In this document: piece after piece, positions 7,965 through 17,029 of the stretch
Layout of the letters: each line of letters begins with the position of its first letter
Position numbering within the stretch: position 1 is the first letter of the stretch
Origin: an uncultured Candidatus Peribacteria bacterium
GTDB taxonomy: Bacteria > Patescibacteriota > Gracilibacteria > UM-FILTER-43-11
Length of the DNA stretch: 35,435 nucleotides
Direction of reading: 5' to 3'
Assembly: GCA_964448005.1 (NCBI GenBank)
Contig: CAYUUW010000013.1
Span: 1-35,435 of the forward strand
Notes under the pieces: generated by a model
What the model saw: the letters and a program-made list of their open reading frames with translations, nothing else
Told to the model about the DNA's origin: nothing
Databases searched by the model: none
Translations under genes and position numbers: made by a program

Positions 7965-8591
7965 ATGGCTCAAGAAAGATCTGAATTCCAAATAGGGCAA
8001 GAGCTTCGCTTTCCTACTCCGCATGGCCGGGAGTGGCTGGCGGCATTCAGGGCCGATCCGGAGGCGACCTATACGGTTGTCGCGGTGAACCCCCTGGGCT
8101 ACGACGACCGAGTGGTGATCGAAGAAAAAGACGGTGGTCGTGGGGAAGGACCGAGGCAACTGGGCTTCGATGGCCGGCATTTCCGAAAGCATGTGCAGAT
8201 TCTTCTTTCGCCGGAATCCGCCTTCAATCTCGATGCGATCATCTTCGACCAGAACCTATCCGCAGACGAAGCGGATGCGCAGCTTGCCGAAGCATTTAAC
8301 TGGTCCGCAGAAGAGTTGCCCGGCAGGGTGGGAAATTACCGAGAGTACCTTGGGCAGCAGGCCAAATACGGCTTCACCCGAATTGCAGAAGACTTGGTGC
8401 GGCTGAGGGGCCGAAGCCAAGATGGGCAAAGGCATATGGAGGCTATGTTCTTCATTATTGGCCAGGACATTCAGGTCCGCTATATGGAAGGCCCTGCAGA
8501 CAGAAATGGGGCAGCTTTCGCATGGGACACCAGAAGCCCGAGCTCATTCGTCCAGCCCCTTCCTTTGGGGAGAGGGCCGGACTTCAAATAG
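7965..8591 (+). CDS. hypothetical protein
   Basis: ORF 7869..8591. I prefer the ATG at 7965 (MAQERSEFQ...), which leaves a 144-nt divergent intergenic region with xth. No recognisable motifs. Confidence 0.45.
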   Translation: MAQERSEFQIGQELRFPTPHGREWLAAFRADPEATYTVVAVNPLGYDDRVVIEEKDGGRGEGPRQLGFDGRHFRKHVQILLSPESAFNLDAIIFDQNLSADEADAQLAEAFNWSAEELPGRVGNYREYLGQQAKYGFTRIAEDLVRLRGRSQDGQRHMEAMFFIIGQDIQVRYMEGPADRNGAAFAWDTRSPSSFVQPLPLGRGPDFK

Positions 8592-8738
8592 CCGAAGGCG
8601 GCAATTCTTTTCCCAATTAGGAAACGGAATAAGCTTCCCTCATCCTTTCAGGAGGGCTTTTTATCTTTCGAATTGTTCTGCGTTGCCCAAAACGCAGCTT
8701 TCCCCTAGAATGCCCCCAGCACCCTAAAAACAAACCCA

Positions 8739-9281
8739 ATGATCAGCACATTGTTCCTCCGCAAGCAGCTCAAGAAAGGATTCTCGCTGGTGGAGCTTTT
8801 GGTCGTCATCACCATCATCGCCATCCTTTCGGTCGCCGCCTACACGGCCTTCGGCGGCCAAACCATCAAGGCCAGGGATTCCAAGCGCAAGCAGGATATC
8901 GACACGATCCAAAGCGCCCTGGAGCTCTACTACATCAACGAATCGGCCTATCCCGAAGAGCTGGCTTCCGGGCCTGCGGAGGACGGGTTGATTCCTAAAG
9001 AATACCTCTCTTTCGTCCCCAGCGACCCTGCCAAGGCCAAAAAGCCCTACCTCTACGTCAGGCAAGGCGTCAAATACGAGCTGGCCGCCACCCTGGAGAA
9101 CGACGGAGACCCTTCCAGCTACGAAGCCTATGTGGTGGGCAACAGCGACGAGCCCCTGATCCAGGCCGGAGAAGAAGCCCTTGAGGCCGTGGAGTGGGCG
9201 GAGGATGCCCTGGCCGATTGCGCCGAAGGAACCGATGTGGTGAACGAAGGCAGCTGCGTCCCCTACGATCCCATCAACTAG
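8739..9281 (+). CDS. type IV pilin-like / T2SS pseudopilin-like protein with prepilin N-terminal methylation motif
   Basis: Leader plus KKGFSLVELLVVITIIAILSVAAY is the class III signal peptide and N-methylation motif. Followed by ARDSKRKQDIDTIQSALELYY, typical of GspG-like pilins. Confidence 0.85.
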   Translation: MISTLFLRKQLKKGFSLVELLVVITIIAILSVAAYTAFGGQTIKARDSKRKQDIDTIQSALELYYINESAYPEELASGPAEDGLIPKEYLSFVPSDPAKAKKPYLYVRQGVKYELAATLENDGDPSSYEAYVVGNSDEPLIQAGEEALEAVEWAEDALADCAEGTDVVNEGSCVPYDPIN

Positions 9282-9351
9282 AGTCTCCCAGGCTCTGGCG
9301 CAGGGTCCGTTTTAGGAGTCATTCCGGCCAACGAACATAAAACCAATAGCC

Positions 9352-10038
9352 ATGAAAAAATCCATTCTCGCCGGCCTTGCCGGCCTTGCTCTGCTGGTCG
9401 GCTGCCAAGCTTCTCCAGAAAAAGAAATCGAAACCTTTTACCAAGGCTCCCCGGAGCAGTTCGCCAATAACCCCCAAGCCGCCATGCCCGATTTCCGCCA
9501 AGCCGCCATGCCCGAAAAGGGCGAAACCATCGCCGTGATCCAGACCCGCCTGGGGGAAATCCGCGTTCGTCTCTTTCCTCAATTCGCCCCCAAGACCGTC
9601 GAGAATTTCGTGGGATTGGCCAAAAAAGGCTACTACGATGGCATCGTTTTCCACCGGGTGATCCCGGGCTTCATGGTGCAAGGTGGGGATCCTACCGGGA
9701 CCGGAGCCGGAGGCGAGAGCCTGTGGGGGGGCAAATTCCAGGACGAGATCTCCATGAACCTCGCCAACATCGCCGGATCCCTCTCCATGGCCAATGCCGG
9801 CAAAGACACGAACGGATCGCAGTTCTTCATCAACCAGGTGGACAACCTTTACCTGAACGGCTATGAAGGCGGAAAAATGAAAGATTGCTCCCGATACGGG
9901 GTCTCGTGCCACACGGTGTTCGGCCAGGTGTTCCAGGGCATGGATGTGGTGGCCAAGATCGCCGAGGAGGAGCGCGATGCCAGGGATAGGCCTGTGGAGG
10001 ATGTGGTGATGGAGAAGGTCACCATAGAAGCCTATTAG
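9352..10038 (+). CDS. cyclophilin-type peptidyl-prolyl cis-trans isomerase, lipoprotein
   Basis: Lipobox LALLVGC. Cyclophilin motifs GYYDGIVFHRVIPGFMVQGGDPTGTG and SLSMANAGKDTNGSQFFI. Confidence 0.9.
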   Translation: MKKSILAGLAGLALLVGCQASPEKEIETFYQGSPEQFANNPQAAMPDFRQAAMPEKGETIAVIQTRLGEIRVRLFPQFAPKTVENFVGLAKKGYYDGIVFHRVIPGFMVQGGDPTGTGAGGESLWGGKFQDEISMNLANIAGSLSMANAGKDTNGSQFFINQVDNLYLNGYEGGKMKDCSRYGVSCHTVFGQVFQGMDVVAKIAEEERDARDRPVEDVVMEKVTIEAY

Positions 10039-10166
10039 GACTGTTGGAAAATTCAATCTCCTGGCAATCCTGACGCTCCCGCTTGCGGGCCGCGCCAAAC
10101 AGGCGGGCAGTTTTGTTTGACAGAGGAGGGCGGGGCATATAGAATCAGGCCTTGTAAAACATCGCC

Positions 10167-11048
10167 ATGCGCCCTGATCCTGCATTCAGAGCGCCCTCCA
10201 AAGCCAAAATCAGCATTAAGCATCACCCCAATAATCTAAGGAATGGGGGCTTTTTGATCGACGTGCACGGCCTTACTGAAGGGCAGAGGGAAAGCTTGAT
10301 CAACGTGCTTGGAAAGTGCTTCAAGGGCAGCGAAAGTATGAACGGAAGGAATTGCGTGTGGATTATTATTGATGGCGCAGAGGGATTGGATGTTGCCAGG
10401 AGGAGGGTTGCGGATTTGGTCAGGGGAAATTTTCCAAACGAGCTGGAGATGGATCAAGAGGCTCCAGCCGATACTGGTTTCAGTGCCACCTGGGAAGACC
10501 CGGAAGCTTTTTCGCCTCCTTCCCCTGAAGAGGGGGCAATTCCTTCTGGCTTGAAAGATTCCGCCGGAGAGGAGGTGTCCCATTCAGACCTTTATGCTCA
10601 ACTCATGCGGGAAGTCGCCCTGAGCCAGGCGTTTTCCGGATTGGGCTTTGAAGGAGGGGTGGAGATCATTTTCAGGAATGCGGAGGCGACAGTCATTCCT
10701 TTGAGCCAGCCTTCTGTTGGGCTGATTGATGAAATAAAAGGGTTGGTTCAGGCGGAGCTGCAAGGCCTCCGGCAATTTTTCGCCCGTCGGCGGTTTAGGC
10801 GGAGCTACGGTAAAGAGGGGAACTATGGGCGAGTGGGCACCCTGGGAGAGCTTGCGAACATTCGATGGGAAGGCTTGCCGGCCCAAATGGGCGGCGCGGC
10901 TTTGGAGCCTGCCTTGCGTCAAACTTCCATTCTTATTTTTCCCAGCGACTACCCCCTTGATTTTGTAAAATTGGCTTATAAGGCGATTGAAGGAAGGGGA
11001 ATGCTGCTAAGGGGCTTGGATCCTCCCTCCAAATTGAAGGGGCTTTGA
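10167..11048 (+). CDS. hypothetical protein
   Basis: 293-aa ORF with no recognised motifs and intermediate GC. Start uncertain. Confidence 0.4.
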   Translation: MRPDPAFRAPSKAKISIKHHPNNLRNGGFLIDVHGLTEGQRESLINVLGKCFKGSESMNGRNCVWIIIDGAEGLDVARRRVADLVRGNFPNELEMDQEAPADTGFSATWEDPEAFSPPSPEEGAIPSGLKDSAGEEVSHSDLYAQLMREVALSQAFSGLGFEGGVEIIFRNAEATVIPLSQPSVGLIDEIKGLVQAELQGLRQFFARRRFRRSYGKEGNYGRVGTLGELANIRWEGLPAQMGGAALEPALRQTSILIFPSDYPLDFVKLAYKAIEGRGMLLRGLDPPSKLKGL

Positions 11049-11137
11049 GGGGCGATTGAAGCCTTCTTGGAAGATGCGATTGAAAATGCACCGAGAAGCC
11101 GGTTGAAGTTCCCTTGAAAAGAGCCAATTGATAGGAT

Positions 11138-11581
11138 TTGATTTCCGGCATGTTTTGGCTTAAATTGAAGGTGCGAGTTTTGAAGCAAGAAGAATTTTTG
11201 GATTTAATTGAATTTATGCAAATTGACGACGTGAGGGTTTATGGAATTGCTTCGGGGCTCGAGAAAAATATCTATTGGGCAACCGAGAAAATCCCTTCTT
11301 GCAAATTTGAACAGATTGATCAAATACGCCGATCGTCCGCCTCGGTTTCGGCCAATATTTGTGAAGGGTTTTCAAGAAGATCATACCCCAAGGATTTTAT
11401 TCGCTTCCTGTGCTACGCACTTGGCTCTAGCGACGAAACCAAGCATCATCTTTCGGTAATGAGATACAAGAAAATCATCGATGAGGACAGTTTTTTGGCG
11501 CTTTCAAGAAAATGCAAAGATTTGTCCATTCGCACACTGAATTTAATCATTCACCTGAAAAAAAAGAACAATCTTCATTAG
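11138..11581 (+). CDS. four-helix-bundle protein (23S rRNA intervening-sequence protein family)
   Basis: IYWATEKIPSCKFEQIDQIRRSSASVSANICEGFSRRSYPKDFIRFLCYALGSSDETKHHL matches the family signature (QIRRAA.S...NIAEG..R....F..FL..A.GS..E). Very low GC (line 11161-11220 = 17/60). True start may be downstream of 11138. Confidence 0.8.
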   Translation: MISGMFWLKLKVRVLKQEEFLDLIEFMQIDDVRVYGIASGLEKNIYWATEKIPSCKFEQIDQIRRSSASVSANICEGFSRRSYPKDFIRFLCYALGSSDETKHHLSVMRYKKIIDEDSFLALSRKCKDLSIRTLNLIIHLKKKNNLH

Positions 11582-11630
11582 CCCTGCAATCTATATATCC
11601 TTTCAATTGGATCCTCAACTGGAAATCTCC

Positions 11631-13112
11631 ATGAAAAAAATCCTCACCCGCATCCCCCCTTCCCCCACCGGGCTCCTGCACATCGGCACCGTCCGGACCG
11701 CTCTGTACAATTATCTTTTCGCCAAGCACCACGGCGGAACGATGGTTTTTAGGATCGAGGACACGGACAAGGAGCGGGGCACGCCCGAGTTTGAAAGGAA
11801 CATCATCGACGGCTTGGTTCAGCTGGGAATCGCAGGCGACGAGGGCGTCCACAAAGGAGGCCCGCACGGCCCTTACCGCCAAAGCGAACGGACCGAGATT
11901 TACCGAAAATACCTCCATCGCCTGGTGGCCGAGGACAAGGCCTATTTCTGCTTCTGCAGCAAGGATCGCCTTGAAGAGATGCGCCAGGCCCAGATCGCGG
12001 CCAAAAGGCCCACGCGCTACGACGGGACCTGTTCCGGCCTGTTTCCTGCCGAGAGCCGGCAGCGGGTGGAGGAGGGCGAGCGAGCGGTTATTCGCCTGCG
12101 GGTGCCGGAGGGCCGGGGCGATGTGGCCTGGGAGGACGGCGTGCGGGGCCCGGTCGCCATCCACAGCCGCGAGCTGGACGATTTTGTGATCGCCCGGGGG
12201 CTGGACGACCCCCTCTACCACCTGACGGTGGTGGCCGACGACCACGACATGCAGATCACGCACGTGATCCGAGGGGAGGACCACATCAGCAACACGCCCA
12301 AGCAGATCCTGATCTTCGAGGCTTTCGGCTGGGACATTCCGGCATTCGCCCATCTCCCGCTCATCCTGAACGAGGACAAGACGAAGCTGAGCAAGCGCAA
12401 GAACAAAGTGGCTGTCCAGGACTATCTGGAGGACGGAATCCTTCCCGAGGCGCTGCTGAACTTTTTGGCCCTGCTGGGCTGGAACACGCCCGACGAGCAG
12501 GAGCTTTTCAGCATGGAGGAATTGGTCGAAAAATTCACGCTGGAGGCCGTGCACAAGGGGGGCGCCGTGTTCGACCTCAAGAAGCTGGAATGGGTCAATG
12601 GAGAGTACATCAAAAAAGCCATCGCGCAGGATACGGACGGCTTCTACGAAAGGGCCAAGCCCTTTTTGGGAGCGCTTGCGGCGGAGGATCCGCAGCGGAT
12701 CAAGGCGATCCTGAGAGATCCTGACTTCGAGGGGCGCTTCAAGAAGCTCTCGGAAATTCCCGAGGCGCTGGGCTGCCTGTTCGGCGAGGTGGCGGATTAT
12801 CCGAAAGAACTGATCCTGAGCGCCAAATTCAGCCTTACCCCCGAGCTGCTCACGCAGGTGATGGAGGCGGCCATCGAGGTCACGGTCAAGATGGAGTGGG
12901 CTAGGGGAGACATGGGCCAGGCCAAAACAATATCGGACACCTACATTGGCCTGGTGGAGAAGCTCGGTCTCAAGAACGGCCAGGTGCTCTGGCCCATCCG
13001 CGTGGCGCTCTCCGGCCTGGATCGCTCGCCGGGCTTTGCCACCCTCGCCGTGCATTTGGGCAAAGCGGAGACGCTGGAAAGACTAGGATATGCCTTAGAA
13101 AAAGTTAGCTGA
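11631..13112 (+). CDS. gltX: glutamate--tRNA ligase
   Basis: ORF 11607..13112, with start moved to the ATG at 11631 (MKKILTRIPPSPTGLLHIGTVRTALYNYLFA...). Class I HIGH motif (LHIG), FRIEDTD and KLSKRK (KMSKS-type) are present. Confidence 0.95.
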   Translation: MKKILTRIPPSPTGLLHIGTVRTALYNYLFAKHHGGTMVFRIEDTDKERGTPEFERNIIDGLVQLGIAGDEGVHKGGPHGPYRQSERTEIYRKYLHRLVAEDKAYFCFCSKDRLEEMRQAQIAAKRPTRYDGTCSGLFPAESRQRVEEGERAVIRLRVPEGRGDVAWEDGVRGPVAIHSRELDDFVIARGLDDPLYHLTVVADDHDMQITHVIRGEDHISNTPKQILIFEAFGWDIPAFAHLPLILNEDKTKLSKRKNKVAVQDYLEDGILPEALLNFLALLGWNTPDEQELFSMEELVEKFTLEAVHKGGAVFDLKKLEWVNGEYIKKAIAQDTDGFYERAKPFLGALAAEDPQRIKAILRDPDFEGRFKKLSEIPEALGCLFGEVADYPKELILSAKFSLTPELLTQVMEAAIEVTVKMEWARGDMGQAKTISDTYIGLVEKLGLKNGQVLWPIRVALSGLDRSPGFATLAVHLGKAETLERLGYALEKVS

Positions 13113-13128
13113 AATTTCTCTTTACCTT

Positions 13129-13770
13129 ATGTCTCAAAAATTGCTTGAACACCTCAAGAAGAAATACGGAGCAAAGGCCGTGATTTTGCATGGCTCGCGC
13201 GCAAAGGGAAAAGAGCGAGCAAGAAGTGATTGGGATGTATTTATTTTTGCCAACAAGCCACTGTCTATTCAATCTGAGTTCTTCGAGGGGCTCCATCTTG
13301 ATATAACACCTGTCCATTTGCCTATAAAGACCGATGACTTCGTGGACACCTATGGCCAGCTGCTAGGCTCAGCCAAGGTTTTATTGGATACCAAAGATAA
13401 AATCGCTTCAAGAATCTTAAGAGAAGTTAAAAAGTTTTGGTCTCATGGCAAAAAGCTGAAAACCAGTGAGATGAGCAATATCCGCAATTATATGGAGCGC
13501 GTACTGTGGAGAATGGAAGACAATGCAAAAGAGCATGGCGTATTCTTCTATCATTTATCCAATTTTTACCAAGGGGCCCTGCTGTATTGGTTTCAAGCAA
13601 AAGGCAAATGGCCCGTTCCTGTTTACGAAGCGTTGCCAATCATTAAAAAGGAGCAAAAAACTTACTACAAGCACTTGCACGTGCTAAATGGCAGTGCTTC
13701 CAATGCAAAGAAAATTACCTCTGCTCAAAAGTTGTTTGAGCTGCTCTTTTCTAAAAAAAGCAAAAAATAA
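13129..13770 (+). CDS. nucleotidyltransferase-domain protein (Pol-beta-fold NTase with helical C-terminal extension)
   Basis: LHGSRAKGKERARSDWDVFIF is the GS..(x)n..D.D minimal NTase motif. About 120 further helical residues. Low GC (line 13381-13440 = 17/60). Confidence 0.7.
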   Translation: MSQKLLEHLKKKYGAKAVILHGSRAKGKERARSDWDVFIFANKPLSIQSEFFEGLHLDITPVHLPIKTDDFVDTYGQLLGSAKVLLDTKDKIASRILREVKKFWSHGKKLKTSEMSNIRNYMERVLWRMEDNAKEHGVFFYHLSNFYQGALLYWFQAKGKWPVPVYEALPIIKKEQKTYYKHLHVLNGSASNAKKITSAQKLFELLFSKKSKK

Positions 13771-13806
13771 ATATCAGCTAAGAGCAAAACTTATCTCAAG
13801 ACATCT

Positions 13807-14555
13807 ATGCTCGAACGAAACCCTGATTCCCGCAAAGGCGACAACGGAAAAGTCCTGGTGATCGGTGGATCGGAGCGCTTCTACGGCGCCCCCATCCTCT
13901 GCGCCCTGGCGGCGGAAGCTGCCGGCGTGGACCTGATCTTCCCCTGCCTGCCTGCCGAGCATATGGAAGCCGCCAAGCAGTATTCGCTGAATTTCATTCT
14001 GCACTCCTTCAAGGGTCCGCATTTGGGGGTGGGGGACGTGAAGAGCCTCCTGAACCTGAGCCGCCAGGCGGATGCGGCAGTGATCGGGCCCGGCCTGGGA
14101 ACGCATCCCGGCACCCAAGAGGCGGTGAAGCAGCTCCTCAAGGAGCTGGCGATTCCCACAGTGGTGGATGCAGGGGCTCTCCTCTACACCAGCGCCTTGC
14201 CTCCCAGCTGCGTGCTGACCCCCCATCGGGGCGAGTTCCAGCGCCTCACTGGGGAAGAGGCCATTCCGGAAAGCGTCCAGAAATGGGCGGCTTCGCTGGG
14301 GGCGGTCATTTTGTGCAAGGGATCGCCATGAACGAGACGGGCACTCCCCTGATGACGGTGGGCGGCACCGGCGACGCCCTGGCGGGCCTGGTCGCCGGGC
14401 TGATGGCCCGAGGCATGCTTCCGTTTGAGGCGGCGGCCGAAGGAGCCAGACTGATGGGCTTGGCCGGGGAGGCTGTGGCCATAGGGCACGCCAGCCTTCG
14501 GGCCATCGACGCCGTGCGGCAGCTGCCCCTGCTGATGCGGAGAGAGGAAAAATAA
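13807..14555 (+). pseudogene. nnrD: ADP-dependent NAD(P)H-hydrate dehydratase (YjeF C-terminal / carbohydrate kinase family), disrupted by a frameshift near 14320-14331
   Basis: ORF 13807..14331 carries GDNGKVLVIGGSERFYGAPILCALAAEAAGVDL, TPHRGEF and ILCKGSP, then stops. The rest of the family signature (NETGTPLMTVGGTGDALAGLVAGLMARGM) continues in another frame (ORF 14283..14555). Confidence 0.75.
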
Positions 14556-14563
14556 GCCCAACC

Positions 14564-15241
14564 ATGCTCCAGCTCCAGATCTTCGAACGCTTCGGCCCGG
14601 CCATGGCCCATGGCGCCACCCGTCAAAGCGACGGGGATTTCGGCGAAGGCGCCCTCCGCCTCCAGGAGAATTTGGCCTCCTTATGCCAAGCCAATCGTCT
14701 TGCGCAGCCGCCAAAATTCCTCCGCCAGGTGCACGGCAGGGCCGTGGTCCGAATCGATTCGCCCCAGCAGGAGGCGGGCGAAGGGGATGCCATGATCACC
14801 GATCAGCCTGGAGTGCCGCTCGCCGTCCGGACGGCCGATTGCCAGGGCATCATCGTCTACGAGCCGCTGCGGCATGGCCTGGCCGTGATCCATTCCGGCT
14901 GGCGAGGTTCGGCGCAGAACATCATTGGGGCCACGCTGGAGGCGATGCGACAGGAATACGGCTGCGATCCGGCGCAGATGCGGGTGGGCATCGGCCCCTC
15001 GCTGGGCCCTTGCTGCGCGGAGTTCACTGATCCGGCCCGGGAGCTCCCGGAATTCTGCAGGCCTTTCATCCGAGGACGCCAAGTGGATTTTTGGGGCCTG
15101 AGCCGACGGCAGTGCGAAGAGGCGGGGATTCCCCCAGGGCAAATCGAGGTCGCCGGCCTCTGCACCCGCTGCCAAGAGGGCTTTTTTTCGCATCGGCGGG
15201 GGGAAACGGGACGCAGCCTGACCTGGGCCATGCTGAAATAA
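14564..15241 (+). CDS. pgeF: peptidoglycan editing factor PgeF (YfiH/DUF152 laccase-domain family)
   Basis: Motifs QVHGRAVV, DAMITDQPGVPLAVRTADCQ, AVIHSGWRGS, IGPSLGPCCAEF and CTRC...FFSHRR are the conserved His/Cys/His set of this family. Confidence 0.9.
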   Translation: MLQLQIFERFGPAMAHGATRQSDGDFGEGALRLQENLASLCQANRLAQPPKFLRQVHGRAVVRIDSPQQEAGEGDAMITDQPGVPLAVRTADCQGIIVYEPLRHGLAVIHSGWRGSAQNIIGATLEAMRQEYGCDPAQMRVGIGPSLGPCCAEFTDPARELPEFCRPFIRGRQVDFWGLSRRQCEEAGIPPGQIEVAGLCTRCQEGFFSHRRGETGRSLTWAMLK

Positions 15242-15300
15242 AAGAATCGAGTCATGCTCCTCTGCGCCGAGGCTCGCCGAAGCGAGCGCAGGAGTATATA

Positions 15301-15582
15301 ATGGCCCGGCAAACCCAAAAAGCCATGATCAGTTTCGGAACATTCGTTGTTCGGGCGGTAGAGATCTACAAGCTGGCGATCCTGGCTCGCGTGCTGCTTT
15401 CCTGGTTCCAGGCTTCTCCCCAGGGCCATTTCTCCTCCTTCATCCACGCCATCACCGAGCCCTACATGGGCTTTTTCCGACGCATCATCCCTCCGCTGGG
15501 CATGGTGGACCTCTCTCCTCTGGCCGCCTATTTTGCTTTGGATCTGCTGGTGTATGGCCTCCGGAGCGCTGGGCTGATTTAG
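15301..15582 (+). CDS. yggT: YggT family membrane protein
   Basis: Within ORF 15091..15582; real start taken at the ATG at 15301 (MARQTQKAM...). ILARVLLSWF...ITEPYMGFFRRIIPPLGMVDLSPLAAYFAL is the YggT signature. Confidence 0.85.
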   Translation: MARQTQKAMISFGTFVVRAVEIYKLAILARVLLSWFQASPQGHFSSFIHAITEPYMGFFRRIIPPLGMVDLSPLAAYFALDLLVYGLRSAGLI

Positions 15583-15663
15583 GGGGAGGCGAAGCGAGTT
15601 TTTACTAAAAAAGCCTTTCTCCGGCATAAAGAAAAGCCTTTTTTCATGAAATGAATTGATTGG

Positions 15664-15700
15664 CCTACCGGAGCCCAGGGTAAGGCTGGACTCCGGTAGG
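15664..15700. terminator. long hairpin between convergent genes (possible bidirectional terminator, no T-tract)
   Basis: cctaccggag (15664-15673) pairs with ctccggtagg (15691-15700), a perfect 10-bp stem, with 4 further inner pairs (ccag/ctgg). Lies between the yggT stop (15582) and the stop of the minus-strand small membrane ORF (15805). Confidence 0.35.
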
Positions 15701-15804
15701 TTGCTGCTGTAGGCCTTCATTCAGAGGCCGTTTATGGCGGTCGCTCATGACAATTCTGCAAGTATGAACTGGGGATCCGGCCAAGGAAAGGAGGGGTGTA
15801 GGGG

Positions 15805-16062
15805 TCAGCCCAACCAGCTCCACAAGACTCCCGCTAGCAAGAGTGCGAACAGGACTAACTTGAAGCCCCACCAGATTCCCAGGAGAACATCCGAGATCTT
15901 CATAACGGAAAGCATGAAGATCGCTAAGCCAAGATAGGCGTAAGTGAGAATCGATTCCCCAAGGAAAAAAGTCAAAAGAGCGATAGGTATGCCCCAGATC
16001 CAAAGCAATGATCCAGCCATGATTTGATGAGCCTCATTAGGCGCTTTATTACTCTCCGTCAT
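15805..16062 (-). CDS. small hydrophobic membrane protein
   Basis: From ORF 15805..16092, with start moved to the ATG at 16062 (MTESNKAPNE...), which is preceded by a GGGGGAA Shine-Dalgarno-like run. Two to three TM helices. Confidence 0.45.
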   Translation of the reverse strand: MTESNKAPNEAHQIMAGSLLWIWGIPIALLTFFLGESILTYAYLGLAIFMLSVMKISDVLLGIWWGFKLVLFALLLAGVLWSWLG

Positions 16063-16204
16063 TGTTCCCCCTGTGCAAGAAAGGAGCAGCATTCAAACGC
16101 TCCACTCGGAGCGCATGCTGTCGCTGCGCCTCCTTGCGAAAGTGTTTGATTTATTTCAATTTAAATATAAATCTCCATGCTGTCAAATCGCAAAGACTCA
16201 GCAG

Positions 16205-16395
16205 GTTCGGCTTAGCCCCTTTTCCAGAAGCGCATTGAGCTCTGCGCTGCTCTGGCCCGAGGTCCAGTCGTGGTACTCAAAGAACAAGGCCTCCGTCTTT
16301 TCAAAAGCCCATTCCGGAGCGGATACACAACGGTAAATTCCGCTCCTTCGAAATCCACCCTGATTAGGGTGCAACGCTCGATTGGACGCCATTGC
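16205..16395 (-). pseudogene. degraded duplicate of the 3' end of the FkbM-family methyltransferase gene
   Basis: About 75-80% nucleotide identity by eye to 17092-17282. Peptide RCTLIRVDFEGAEFTVVY is in one frame and SAPEWAFEKTEALFFEYHDWTSGQSSAELNALLEKG in another. Compare IERCALIKMDCEGAEFPIVYSAPEWIFEKTQALFLEYHDWTPGQSSGDLKVFLEKKG in the intact gene. A 1-nt deletion (ggagcggatacacaa versus ggagcggaatacacaa) causes the frameshift. Confidence 0.7.
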
Positions 16396-16396
16396 G

Positions 16397-16960
16397 TCAG
16401 TATTTTTCCCAAGGGGAGACGATCTCCTTTCTTTCCCAATCAATTTCGGCAATAAATCCCACGCCATCCTGGCACAGATCGAAGCTCGGTTCCACATTTT
16501 TGATGTGGGACAATAGCAGCGCGAAAGCGGCTCCGTGCCCAATCAGGGAAATGCTTCCTCCGGGATGCTCTCCCATTATGCTTTCTGTGCAATCCGAGAC
16601 TCTTTGTCGGGCCGCCCGCGCGGTTTCCCATCCTCGGCAGCTGTCATCGGGCTTCCGGAAGAATTCATTCACCGCGCTCATGAAGTCATCGTAGGGCATA
16701 AAGCCTGTCGAGGAACGGTCAATTTCCCTCAGATCCTCTTTTAAAAGCAAGGGAATTCCGAATTTTTCGGACGCCATTTCTGCCACAGCCTTGGCCTTCC
16801 GCTCAGGACTTGAATAAATGGCGACTATTTCTTTCCAAAATACCTTCTTCATCAAATCTTTTGCCCTCTCTAGGCCTTTTTCTGAAAGCTGCCATTCGTC
16901 GATCGCCTCCTTTGGATCAATGACGACATCCGGGTGCGTGATGAGAAACAGTTTTGCCAT
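16397..16960 (-). CDS. histidine phosphatase (phosphoglycerate mutase-like) superfamily protein, variant N-terminal motif
   Basis: The layout LFLITHPDV...SSPERKAKAVA...LREID...ISLIGHGAAFALLL follows the histidine-phosphatase pattern (RHG...SPL.RA..TA...L.E...G...VSHG). The first motif reads THP instead of RHG. Confidence 0.7.
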   Translation of the reverse strand: MAKLFLITHPDVVIDPKEAIDEWQLSEKGLERAKDLMKKVFWKEIVAIYSSPERKAKAVAEMASEKFGIPLLLKEDLREIDRSSTGFMPYDDFMSAVNEFFRKPDDSCRGWETARAARQRVSDCTESIMGEHPGGSISLIGHGAAFALLLSHIKNVEPSFDLCQDGVGFIAEIDWERKEIVSPWEKY

Positions 16961-17029
16961 ACGTCTTCAATTTAAGGGTTTTTGTAGAGGGTCAATCATA
17001 CTCTCCACAGAGCTCAAAGCCAATCCATT

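Noticed and set aside
11547-13055. 502-aa minus-strand ORF
   Set aside because: Antisense to gltX, whose class I aaRS motifs are unambiguous. The composition is Arg/Leu/Ala/Gly-rich antisense-type.
13129-13770. Nucleotidyltransferase gene considered as an MNT-HEPN toxin-antitoxin or defence module
   Set aside because: There is no adjacent HEPN partner, and I found no R-x(4-6)-H motif in the C-terminal extension. It is a solitary NTase, with nothing beyond low GC to support a system.
14329-14331. TGA in nnrD considered as recoding (UGA=Gly code 25 or selenocysteine)
   Set aside because: Reading through TGA in frame gives non-homologous sequence with several further TGAs. The homologous continuation is in a different frame, and other genes here (e.g. 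gltX, the SLH protein) terminate with TGA.
13774-15720. 281-aa, 176-aa, 170-aa and 287-aa minus-strand ORFs across nnrD, pgeF and yggT
   Set aside because: They are antisense to three recognisable plus-strand genes, with Arg/Pro/Gly-rich translations and no motifs.
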